Assembly (NCBI GenBank): GCA_964534375.1
Contig: CAZHPN010000001.1
Coordinates: 20,516 to 84,515, forward strand
DNA length: 64,000 nucleotides
Direction of reading: 5' to 3'
Source: an uncultured bacterium
Lineage (GTDB): Bacteria; Lernaellota; Lernaellaia; Lernaellales; Lernaellaceae
The notes under the pieces are model-generated. The model was not told the DNA's origin, did not search any database, and was given only the letters and a program-made list of their open reading frames with translations. Of the stretch, positions 1 to 8,512 are shown piece by piece. Numbering within the stretch: position 1 is the first letter of the stretch; each line of letters begins with the position of its first letter. Made by a program: the position numbers and the translations under genes.

Positions 1-896
1 GCGGCGGCTGCGGGAACTGCAATCAAGGGGTCTGCGGCGGGCCGTGCGACGACGGCCAGCCATTCCGAGCGCCCCTCGCGATACGTTTCGCCAAGCAGGT
101 TCCCGAACGCGGCCTCGAGCCGCCAGCCGCATTCGCGCAGCAGCAATTCGACCTCGGGCAGCTCGTAGGCCATCAGGCAGATGCCGTATTCGGCCGCGAG
201 CCGGCCCTTTTCGTCGATGATGAAAATCCGGTGCACCTGCATGCGGCGGTCGGGCAGAAAACGTTTGTCTTCCAGCCACAAGTGCGGGCCGTCGTGGAGA
301 AAACTCTCCTCGCGAATTTCCCAGGTGCGTCCGACGTCGCTGCGCAATTCGCAGCGGGCGACAAACTCGAGCACGAGCAGGCCGTCCGGCGACGTCCAGC
401 GGCGAATCTTGCGCAGCAGCGTCTGCAGCACCGGGGTCGGAAACGAATTCGGCTGCGCGTAGATCATCAACGTCGCGTCGAAACGCCGGGGCGGGAATTC
501 CACCGTGCGGGCGTCGGCCTGAATGAAGGTCGCCGCGACGCCGCGCGCCGCGGCCTGCCGGCGCGCATAGTCGATCACCGCGGGCGCGTAATCGACGCCG
601 ACGACCTCGTGCGCCCGCGCCGCCAAATTCATACTGTAAAGGCCGGGGCCGCAGGTGAGGTCGCAGACGCGGGCGGGCCGGCCGAGGGCGTCGTTCAGCG
701 CGCCGTCAAGAAAGGCGCTTTCGGCGGCGATGCGATCGGGCGGGCGGCTGGCCTGCTCGGTGAGCGGATCGAGATGGACGTCGAGAATCCGCGGCGACAG
801 GCGCGGGTGATTCCAGGGGAACTCCTGCCAGCCCTCGGTAAAAGCGGGGGCGTTCTGACGGGCCGCGAGCGTGTCGAAGAAATTTGGTTTGCGCAT
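1..896 (-). CDS. Class I SAM-dependent methyltransferase (3' end runs off window)
   Basis: Manual translation from ATG at 896: MRKPNFFDT...RVCDLTCGPGLYSMNLAARAHEVVGVDYAP...FIQADAR. Contains SAM motifs I/II. No stop before base 1, so it is absent from the ORF track. Confidence 0.85.
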   Translation of the reverse strand, partial: MRKPNFFDTLAARQNAPAFTEGWQEFPWNHPRLSPRILDVHLDPLTEQASRPPDRIAAESAFLDGALNDALGRPARVCDLTCGPGLYSMNLAARAHEVVGVDYAPAVIDYARRQAAARGVAATFIQADARTVEFPPRRFDATLMIYAQPNSFPTPVLQTLLRKIRRWTSPDGLLVLEFVARCELRSDVGRTWEIREESFLHDGPHLWLEDKRFLPDRRMQVHRIFIIDEKGRLAAEYGICLMAYELPEVELLLRECGWRLEAAFGNLLGETYREGRSEWLAVVARPAADPLIAVPAAA

Positions 897-910
897 CAAG
901 CGTTGTCTCC

Positions 911-1032
911 GGGTTCGGGATTCGGGTTCCGGGTTCCGGGTTTCAGGTTCCGGGATTCGAGGCCTGCCTGCCGGAGCCTTGGCGAAGGCTGGTTCGGCAT
1001 TCCGCTATCCGAAATCCGCAATCCGCAATTTG
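911..1032. repeat. Composite intergenic repeat, copy 1: (GGWTYCG)n + REP-like palindrome + (ATCCGCA)n
   Basis: Heptamer run, then CCTGCCTGCCGGAGCCTTGGCGAAGGCTGG (963-992), then ATCCGAA ATCCGCA ATCCGCA. Similar to 2338-2447. Confidence 0.85.
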
Positions 1033-1036
1033 TCGC

Positions 1037-2263
1037 CTACTCGCCCCATTCGTTAGGGAACAAGAACCACAACAACGGCCGGCCGGCGTAACCGGAAAGC
1101 TCAACGTAGCCGAGGCCGTCGATCGGGGCGCCGCCTTTGACGCCGTCGATGTGGATCAGGCCTTCCCAATAATTCCACATCGGATTGGGCATTTCCTGAT
1201 CGGGCACTTTGGTCTCGATGTCGACGTCCAGGCCGAGCGAGGGCGCGACGAAGTGCCAGTTTTGCGGATACACGCCGCCGGTCACGGAACTGGTCCAATG
1301 ATCGAGCGGGGTCGATTGCACATCGGCCTGCGACAGGAGCGTCTGATTGCCGTTGGCGTCCACGTAGGTGCCGGCCGCCATGTCGATCACGCTCGGGTCC
1401 GTCTCGCTGCCGCGGAAAACGAAATACATCAGTTCCGTGCCGTCGGAGAATTGCAACGAATACCAATCCCAGCCGAGCAAGACGAAGAGCATGAAATCGC
1501 CCCACTGGTGGTCCATCCACGCCTCGCCAGCGACGTCCAGCGTGCGGCCGTCGAACGCGAGCGAACCGGCGACGTTCATCCGCGTGCGCGAGTAATAGAA
1601 CGAATCGGTGGTCCGCGAACTCATCCGCACCACGCCGTTGCCGCCGTGCTGGGCGGCGCCTTTGTCGTCGACGATAGTCAGATCGAACGACGCGTCCTCG
1701 GCCGGCGCCGACAATTGATAGACCGCGTCCGGCCAGCCGGTCGCGCCCGCGTCGCGGCTGTTCAGGCGCAGTTCGTCACCGATGACCTCGGGTTTGTGCA
1801 AATCGAACCAGCTCGCGCGCCGGTGGCGACCCGTGCGTTCGTCGGTCACGGCGGTGTTGACCATCCAGGAGTCGATGCCGAAAAGGCTGCCGGCGTAGAA
1901 GAACGTGAGTTCGAAGCCGTACAGATTGCCGTCGGCGTCGGTGAGGTTGCCGGTCCAGTACCACCATTCGAAGAGATCCCAGTGCGGCAATTCGTCGGCG
2001 GGCAAATCGAGCAGCGTGTCGACGCACTCGCCGAAATTGCAGTACTGCATGCGGCCGCACGGGGGCGCGCCGGTCCAGCGGCCGGCGGCGCATTGCTCGA
2101 CCGCGGCGGGCGGCACGCAACGGCGTTCGCCGTCGACGCAGGCCGGCGAGGCGTCGTCGTCCGCCGCCGGCGCCGCGGCGCGATCATGCGACGGGCCGGC
2201 GCCGCAGGCGAGGAAAACGACGGTCAACGACAGCAGCAGAACCGGGAACAACAAACGAGGCAT
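1037..2263 (-). CDS. AttH/CrtC-like (lipocalin-like) lipoprotein
   Basis: Lipobox FLAC; motifs EWWYWTGNL, YYSRTRM, GEAWMDHQWG, GWDWYSLQ, YWEG, GYVELSGY. Confidence 0.85.
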   Translation of the reverse strand: MPRLLFPVLLLSLTVVFLACGAGPSHDRAAAPAADDDASPACVDGERRCVPPAAVEQCAAGRWTGAPPCGRMQYCNFGECVDTLLDLPADELPHWDLFEWWYWTGNLTDADGNLYGFELTFFYAGSLFGIDSWMVNTAVTDERTGRHRRASWFDLHKPEVIGDELRLNSRDAGATGWPDAVYQLSAPAEDASFDLTIVDDKGAAQHGGNGVVRMSSRTTDSFYYSRTRMNVAGSLAFDGRTLDVAGEAWMDHQWGDFMLFVLLGWDWYSLQFSDGTELMYFVFRGSETDPSVIDMAAGTYVDANGNQTLLSQADVQSTPLDHWTSSVTGGVYPQNWHFVAPSLGLDVDIETKVPDQEMPNPMWNYWEGLIHIDGVKGGAPIDGLGYVELSGYAGRPLLWFLFPNEWGE

Positions 2264-2337
2264 GGCGCCGTTCCTTTTCTAAGCGGCGCTATTTCAACCT
2301 TTCCCGCGCGGCGAAGCAACCCGATAGGGGGGGGAGC

Positions 2338-2447
2338 GGGGTTCGGGACTCGGGACTCGGGATTCGGGATTCAGAGCCTGCCTACCATAGCCTCGGAGAA
2401 GGCAGGTTGCAGGTTCGGCAATCCGCAATCGACAATCCGCAAATTTG
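2338..2447. repeat. Composite intergenic repeat, copy 2
   Basis: (GGACTCG/GGATTCG)n, then CCTGCCTACCATAGCCTCGGAGAAGGCAGG (2377-2406), then (ATCCGCA)-like run ending AATTTG as in copy 1. Confidence 0.85.
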
Positions 2448-2551
2448 CTTGCGGCCCCGGCGCGTTGTGTGGCAACTTGTCGGCTGCGGCCGGGCGTGAT
2501 AATAAAAACGGCCAAGGTCGATTCCGGCCGCCGTTAGTCAAAGGAGCGAAG

Positions 2552-2962
2552 ATGCGTCGGGTATTTTTGTGGTCGATGTCGGCGATGCTCGGTCTGGCCG
2601 TCGTGTTTGCTTTTTCGTGCGGCGGAACCGTCACCCGTTCGCTCATCCAGCCGGCGGACGACGATGCCGCGGCTGACGACGACACCGCCGCGTGCCCGTT
2701 CCTCGGCGGCGATTGGTACGTCGACACCTATTGCGATCCGACGCTGATCGGTTCGGCGGTCTTCATCACCCAGTACGCGTGCACCCTGACTACGTACTCG
2801 GTCATCGGCAGTTGGACCGGGATGGTCGGCCCCGACGGCTCCGTCTCCGTCACGAACCAGGGCGGCGCGAGCCTCTCGTGTTCCGGACAGTTCAGCAGCG
2901 CGAACAACGCGATCTCGCTGTCGTGCACGCCGACGTGCAATATTCTGATGACGGGAAACTGA
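2552..2962 (+). CDS. Hypothetical Cys-containing lipoprotein with acidic linker
   Basis: RBS AAGGAG; MRRVFLWS...AFSC lipobox; ADDDAAADDDT linker; C-terminal part of ORF 884..2962. Confidence 0.75.
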   Translation: MRRVFLWSMSAMLGLAVVFAFSCGGTVTRSLIQPADDDAAADDDTAACPFLGGDWYVDTYCDPTLIGSAVFITQYACTLTTYSVIGSWTGMVGPDGSVSVTNQGGASLSCSGQFSSANNAISLSCTPTCNILMTGN

Positions 2963-2979
2963 CCGGAACCGACGCGCCC

Positions 2980-3735
2980 TTATTTTTTCTTCGGCTTGCC
3001 TTTCCAATCCAGGTCCAGCAACGATTTGCGCGCCGCGGCGGCGTTCACGGAATGACTCGCCGCGCCGAGCGGCTTGGGCTTCGCGGGCGCTTTTGACTGG
3101 ACGGCCTTCGCCGCCGGCGTTTTTTTCGCGGACGCGTTCTTCGCGGGCGCTTCTTTTGCAGGCGTTTTTTTCGCCGGCGTCAATTTCGCGGGCGTTATTT
3201 TCGGGGTCTTTTTCGGCTGCGGCGCCGGCTGGGGCGCAATGGCTTTCTTGGTCGCACGCCGGACGGTCGGCGCCGGCGGCGCGACGGGCTCGACCGGTTC
3301 GGCCGGTTCGGCCGGCGGCGCAACGGCTTCGGCGGGCGCCGCAACGATCTCCACGGGCGGCGCAACCGCTTCCACGGGCGTCGCGATCGGCTCGACCGGC
3401 GGCGCGGCGATTGTTTTTTCGAGTCGCTTCAGCGCGTCCTCGATCTGATCGAGTTCGCCGGTAAGATCGCGAATGCGTTTGGCCTGACGGTCGACGACCC
3501 ACTCGACCTGGTGCTTGCCGCGCAAACTGGGCAAGCCCGCGCTCTCGTATAGTGCGCTGAGTCGGTTGTCGGTGCGTTTCTTCGCATCCATCAGCTTGTT
3601 GAAGGTCGCCATGCCCTGCGGCGATTGGATGTACTTCATCACGCGCGAGAGCGCCGCCTTCTGCAAGCGTTTGCCCAGGCTCTTTTCGGCTTCCTTCGCT
3701 TTCGGTTTTTCCGCCGGTTTCTCTTTTTCTTCCAC
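2980..3735 (-). CDS. Phasin/PhaF-like protein with coiled coil and histone-H1-like Pro/Ala/Lys tail
   Basis: RBS GAGGAGG; GLPS motif followed by heptad IRDLTGELDQIEDALKRLEK; repeated TPAKK units. The CDS is clear; the family call is tentative. Confidence 0.55.
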   Translation of the reverse strand: MEEKEKPAEKPKAKEAEKSLGKRLQKAALSRVMKYIQSPQGMATFNKLMDAKKRTDNRLSALYESAGLPSLRGKHQVEWVVDRQAKRIRDLTGELDQIEDALKRLEKTIAAPPVEPIATPVEAVAPPVEIVAAPAEAVAPPAEPAEPVEPVAPPAPTVRRATKKAIAPQPAPQPKKTPKITPAKLTPAKKTPAKEAPAKNASAKKTPAAKAVQSKAPAKPKPLGAASHSVNAAAARKSLLDLDWKGKPKKK

Positions 3736-3753
3736 GTTGCGCCTCCTCGGGGT

Positions 3754-5418
3754 TCACCAGTGGTACGACAAGCTGGCGCCGCCGGACAAAACGTACCCGT
3801 TCGCGGCCACGGCGTCAAAAGGCTCCGCCGGGTCGACCGTTGATTTTGCAAACCGGATCGGCGTCAGGAAATGGCTCTCGCCGTAGATATCGAACGAAAC
3901 CTTGCGGTTGAACAAGATGCCGACTCCGGCGGTCACGATGTGCTTGTCGGGATCGACCAGATTGACGTAGCCGCGCTGGGGCGTGTACGGGCTCTGCTCG
4001 AAAGCGTAGCCGGCGCGCAACGAGAAGCGCGTGTCCGTCAGCCAGGTGTTGCTCCGAATGGGCGGCAGGCGGCGCTCGACGCCGAGGCGCGGGATGACGA
4101 TATCGTGCGTAACCGGTTTCGCCACGGACGCCATCGGAAACCGCAAGTTGAGTTGGGTGCTGATGCCGGGAATGCTCACCTGCACCGGCGGCAACGGCCC
4201 GATCGTGCCGAGGATGGGCACGGTCAAGGTGCGCAGCCGCGCGGTGATGGTGGTCGGCAAGGTGGAAAGCTGCACGTTGATGTTGTCGACGGTGAAGTGC
4301 AGGTTCGGCGACGGAAATTGCGACCAACCCTGCCACGTGGCATCGGCGCTGACCGTCCAGGCGTCGCCGATTTCGGCCGAGCTGCCGAAGGCGATTTCCT
4401 GCGGTTTCCAGTGGTCGGCCATGTCGGCGAGCATGCTGACCGGCGCCGACGCGTTGAGCGTCACCAGGCCGCTGAGACCCGACAAGTCGACCGGCACGCG
4501 GATGGGCGTCTTGCCCAGCGCCGGCGCCGAGATCGAGACCACGGCCTTGAGCGGGAAGACGCCGGGCAGCAGTTTCCCCAGTTGCGCCAGGTTGATCGTG
4601 TAGTTGTCGAGGCTGAGGTCGGCGTTCAGCCGGACTTTGACATCCCACTCGAACGGCCCGCGATAGGTCGCGCCGAAGCGCAGCCACTCGTACGGGCGAT
4701 AGATCACGCCGGCATAGGGCGAGTAGCTGTACGGGAAATCGAGCGTCAGGTCGGAGTTCACATCGAGCGGCTTGCCCGACTTGCTGTTCGGCGTCACCGA
4801 CTGCGAGTTGTCGACGGTGATCGGCAGGGTGAACACGCCTTTGCAGTTGGCGAAGACCGAAACGCCGCCGGCGAAACCGAAGCCGGAGACGGGCGTGATC
4901 GCGATGCTGGCGTAAGTCACGGCTTGTTTGGCGTTGTCTTCGTACATTATGAAGGACGGCAAGTGGGCGTCGATCGGGTGCAGTTGAATAACCTCGTATG
5001 TCGGCAACGAGGCCAGAAGGCCGATCGCGATATGGTCCGTCAAGCGCGAGGTGAAACCGAAGAAAACGGAGTCCTGGCGTTTGATGTCGGTCTCCTGATT
5101 CTCGAGATCGTGCAACGCGCGGGCCTGGGCGGCAGTGACGCCCGGCGCCGGCGTCAAATGCAGACGGAGAAACGGCTGGGCCGTCGTCGCGCCGACCGCG
5201 AGCGTGCTGCCTTCGGTAAAAATCATGCCGGCCGGGTTGTAGTAGACCGCTGCGTAATCGTCGGCGAGGCCGGTGTACGCCCCGCCCATGCCGATCGCGC
5301 GGGGCCCGAAGCCGTACAAATCCAGCGGGCTGGCGAACGCGGCCGGCGCGCCGGCCGCGACCGCCAGGCACAGCGCCACGGATAGCAGCCAGCGCCGGAC
5401 GCGGGATAAGTCGCGCAT
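3754..5418 (-). CDS. OmpP1/FadL-family outer-membrane transporter
   Basis: Signal peptide; GPRAIGMGGAYTGLADDYAAVYYNPAGM hatch motif; LRAGYAFEQSP; C-terminal SYHW. Confidence 0.85.
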   Translation of the reverse strand: MRDLSRVRRWLLSVALCLAVAAGAPAAFASPLDLYGFGPRAIGMGGAYTGLADDYAAVYYNPAGMIFTEGSTLAVGATTAQPFLRLHLTPAPGVTAAQARALHDLENQETDIKRQDSVFFGFTSRLTDHIAIGLLASLPTYEVIQLHPIDAHLPSFIMYEDNAKQAVTYASIAITPVSGFGFAGGVSVFANCKGVFTLPITVDNSQSVTPNSKSGKPLDVNSDLTLDFPYSYSPYAGVIYRPYEWLRFGATYRGPFEWDVKVRLNADLSLDNYTINLAQLGKLLPGVFPLKAVVSISAPALGKTPIRVPVDLSGLSGLVTLNASAPVSMLADMADHWKPQEIAFGSSAEIGDAWTVSADATWQGWSQFPSPNLHFTVDNINVQLSTLPTTITARLRTLTVPILGTIGPLPPVQVSIPGISTQLNLRFPMASVAKPVTHDIVIPRLGVERRLPPIRSNTWLTDTRFSLRAGYAFEQSPYTPQRGYVNLVDPDKHIVTAGVGILFNRKVSFDIYGESHFLTPIRFAKSTVDPAEPFDAVAANGYVLSGGASLSYHW

Positions 5419-5507
5419 GCCTGAATCCAATCACCTGACGATGAGAAAAGCGGCGGAAACTATAAACCATTTTTCGCGAGGACGGCAACTAACGGGAAAC
5501 TTATTCC

Positions 5508-6734
5508 TTACCGCCGGTCGAGCGGCGCGCAGCGAACGACGACCAGGACACGGGAGGAATCGACTTGGAATTCGGCCGGCGGGTTGCCGTTATCCTGCAG
5601 TTTTTTTTGCGCAATTTGGATGCCGACGCCGAAGCGCTGCACGTATCCCAAAACGCGCATGGCCTCGGCGAGATTGGGGTTGCGGTAGTCGGCAACCCCG
5701 GGGCGGCCCAGAGTCTCCGCGGTGACGATGCCGTAGGGCCCGCCGGGACTGTGAATTTCGATGCGGTCGGCAAACCAATAGACGCGCACCGGGGCGTTGG
5801 TTTGCTCGTAGGCCCGATGCAAAACAGCGTTGCGCGTGAGTTGCTGCAGGGCCTCCGGCGGATACGAGTACGACCGTTTTTCCGTTTCGCCCGCGCTGAG
5901 GTTCACCTGCACGCGATTGTGGGATTCGAGTTTTTCATCCAACCGGCGGATCATCGCGGCCAGGGGGCCGTCAAAGACGGCTTCGTCGATGATCGGGTCC
6001 GCCCATTCGACGCCGCCGATTCGCAAGAACTGAACATAGGCCGCCGGGACGTGTTCGCGCGGACTTTTCGCCAACACCAATATTCCCAGGACTGTCGGAA
6101 TCGGTTCATCGGCGGCGGCGACCATTTTGCAGGCCGCCAGCCGTTGTTCGAAGGTCCGTTCGTTCGCCGCTGGAATTTCCGGCGACAGCGCGCGCGGCAG
6201 GTACTCTTCTTCGAAACGCGTGCGGCTCAATTCCTCGAGCCGGCAACTCGGCAGGGGGCGCACATCGAACGGCTGGTCGCCATGGCGGCGCTTCTCGTTG
6301 AGGAGCCGTTCGTCCTGCGCCGACGCGACGCCGCGTCGCGGGCCGACGCGAATCCAGATTCTGCCTTTGTATCGCACCGGCGGCGAATCGGCCGGCTGAA
6401 CCGTGACGACCGCGAGGTCCGCGCCTTTCAATCGCCGTTTTTCCACGACCAACGACGGGATCGGAAGAATCTGACCGTCGGTTTTCATATCGCTCAACGT
6501 CAACAGCAAGTCGTCGGTGATCGACAACCCCGAAGGTTGCCCGCCGTCCGCGGCGCCGACAAACAGCACCCCCGGTTTCTTGTGGTCCGGCAAATCGTTG
6601 GCGAAGGCGCAGATCGCCTGGCGGCCGCGGTCCGGCGCATCGCCGCTCCAGGATTCCTTTCTCTCGACAAAATCGGCCTCGACGTCGGTCAGGAACTGTT
6701 CCAACTCGGCGTCAGAGTACGTCATTTTCGACAT
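5508..6734 (-). CDS. AlbA_2 (Schlafen-like) domain + HATPase_c_4 ('RecG C-terminal') protein
   Basis: EADFVERKES, AICAFAND, GVLFVGAAD; YPPEALQQLTRNAVLHRAY, DRIEIHSPGG, RNPNLAEAM, GYVQRFGVGI. Confidence 0.85.
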   Translation of the reverse strand: MSKMTYSDAELEQFLTDVEADFVERKESWSGDAPDRGRQAICAFANDLPDHKKPGVLFVGAADGGQPSGLSITDDLLLTLSDMKTDGQILPIPSLVVEKRRLKGADLAVVTVQPADSPPVRYKGRIWIRVGPRRGVASAQDERLLNEKRRHGDQPFDVRPLPSCRLEELSRTRFEEEYLPRALSPEIPAANERTFEQRLAACKMVAAADEPIPTVLGILVLAKSPREHVPAAYVQFLRIGGVEWADPIIDEAVFDGPLAAMIRRLDEKLESHNRVQVNLSAGETEKRSYSYPPEALQQLTRNAVLHRAYEQTNAPVRVYWFADRIEIHSPGGPYGIVTAETLGRPGVADYRNPNLAEAMRVLGYVQRFGVGIQIAQKKLQDNGNPPAEFQVDSSRVLVVVRCAPLDRR

Positions 6735-6845
6735 GCGGTTCGCCCCCGGTACGGAAATTCTATTGTAGCGCCGAGGCGACGACGGCGCCACCAGGTCTTA
6801 TTGCCGCGATTGACACGGGCCGCCCGTGCAATACGCTGCATGCAC

Positions 6846-7442
6846 ATGCTCAATTTTTTGCGCAGCGATTATTACTGGCTCGATCTTCTTGTCGGCTTCG
6901 CCAGCCCGGTCATCTTTTTTGCGCTTCGCCGGCGCGGCGCCGCGGGGCGGCGCGACTGGCGCTTGTTCTGGCTGGGCGCGGCGCTCGGCCTGCTGTGGGA
7001 GGTTCCCGTCTTCTTGTTCAGCACGCTTTCGACGACCCCGGTCATCGTCTGGGTCCGCGCGTTGCCGGCGCCGTATCCGATTTTTCTGCTCGCGCACACG
7101 TTTTGGGACGGCGCGTTGTTCGTGATCGGCTCATGGGCGCTGGGCTTTTTTTTCGGGGCGCCGATTGCCTCGCGTTTTCGCTGGGCCGAGCTGGCGGCGT
7201 TGATCGCGTGGGGCCAGGCGACCTCATTCGCCGTCGAGTTGTCTTCGGTGCTGAACGACGGTTGGGTGTACGTCGCCGGCTATTGGTGGAACCCGACGCT
7301 GTTCCGCATCGCCGCGCGCCCAATCACGCTGCTGCCGCAGATTCCGTGGCTCCTGGCGCCGGTCGTGTTTTATCTGGCGGCAATCAAGATAACGGCGGCG
7401 AGCGGTGCGCGGCAACTTGATAACGCCGCACGGAACGTTTAA
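6846..7442 (+). CDS. Hypothetical integral membrane protein
   Basis: About six hydrophobic segments (LLWEVP, HTFWDG); C-terminal part of ORF 5565..7442; alternative start at 6840. Confidence 0.75.
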   Translation: MLNFLRSDYYWLDLLVGFASPVIFFALRRRGAAGRRDWRLFWLGAALGLLWEVPVFLFSTLSTTPVIVWVRALPAPYPIFLLAHTFWDGALFVIGSWALGFFFGAPIASRFRWAELAALIAWGQATSFAVELSSVLNDGWVYVAGYWWNPTLFRIAARPITLLPQIPWLLAPVVFYLAAIKITAASGARQLDNAARNV

Positions 7443-7499
7443 CTTTTCGGCGCGGCGGGGAGGCGCCGGTCGGCGCCCGGCCGCGGGAGAAGCGAAGAA

Positions 7500-7994
7500 A
7501 TGCTGTTGCCCTTGAGAAGAGCGGTGCTCGTCGCGCTATGCCTGGGCGCGATGACGGCCGGGTGCGCCTCGGTGGGCGCGAACCCGACGCCAGAAGTGGC
7601 CGGCTACGATTCGCAGGTCTTCGAAGGCCGGTACGACGCCGTGTATCAAGCGGCCCTTTACGCCGTCAAGGCCGAGGCGTTTGACATTTCCTATTCCGAC
7701 GAGCCCTCCGGCGTCATCCGCGGCCGGGTCGAGCACGCGACGGTGCTGAGCGACGAACATCAGTGGCCGATGGCCAACCCCTTCCCGACGCCGGGCCGCG
7801 ACGCCTTGCTGCCGCCGGTGTCAATCATCGATTTGGAATGCACGGTGCGCGAGTTGGGGCCGGGCGTCGTGGAGGTCGATATTGAAATGCAGAAAAACCG
7901 CGACCGGCTCGACGACCGTCATAAGTACGAGACGCTTTTCAAAACCATCGCCGGCCGGCTCGCGGCGAAACCGGCAGTGAACAGTGCACAGTGA
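7500..7994 (+). CDS. Hypothetical lipoprotein
   Basis: Lipobox TAGC; YDAVYQAALYAV...FDISYSDEPSGVI pattern of small outer-membrane lipoproteins. Confidence 0.75.
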   Translation: MLLPLRRAVLVALCLGAMTAGCASVGANPTPEVAGYDSQVFEGRYDAVYQAALYAVKAEAFDISYSDEPSGVIRGRVEHATVLSDEHQWPMANPFPTPGRDALLPPVSIIDLECTVRELGPGVVEVDIEMQKNRDRLDDRHKYETLFKTIAGRLAAKPAVNSAQ

Positions 7995-8094
7995 ACAAAG
8001 AACAGCGCCAAGGGATGCACCAGTTTCGGCCATAGAGCGGCGTGGCTATCGCCAAAAAACATGGGACTTAGGGATTCTCTGACTTCTGTCTGCT

Positions 8095-8482
8095 GAGCCT
8101 CTTGCATAAATACCGGTTCAATGCGCGACTCGTCGCGCCGACCCCTCCCCGAAAATTTCGGTTCCCGAAATTTTCCGCCCCTCCCCGAGGCGGAGAGGGG
8201 CCACGGGGAGGACCCGCAGTCTGTGTCGGGTCAGCAAAAAATCTCGCGTAATCCTCGAATTCCCATTCGCAGTTGCAAAAAGCGATTCTTGCAGGAAGCT
8301 CGGAAGGCGAAAGGCGAAAGGCGAAGTTGCGGGCGGTGCGGCGCCTCTTCGAATCCCGGGTCCGCGAAGGCGTCTGCTCGCCCCTCCCTGTGGCGGGGAG
8401 GGGCGCGGCCACGCCGCGCGTGGCCGGGGGAGAGGTCCATTTGAAATGCCGATTATCGAATTACCATTCTTGCAAGTGGCTC
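8095..8482. mobile_element. Putative MITE with IS-like terminal inverted repeats and internal REP-like hairpins
   Basis: Left end GAGCCTCTTGCATAA (8095). Right ends read on the reverse strand: GAGCCACTTGCAAGAA (8467-8482) and GAGCTTCCTGCAAGAA (8286-8301). No transposase. Confidence 0.55.
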
Positions 8483-8512
8483 TTCTGACTTCTGACTTCT
8501 GACTTCTTCCGG

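Noticed and set aside
231..1091. Long antisense or alternate-frame ORFs (also 3871..5385, 15267..17168, 17305..19599, 38574..41045 and others)
   Set aside because: They overlap well-supported genes and read as Arg/Ala/Gly-rich shadows typical of high-GC DNA.
8348..8365. TTCGAATCCC resembling a tRNA T-arm or att site
   Set aside because: No cloverleaf around it and no match to the tRNA-Ser 3' ends beyond 10 nt.
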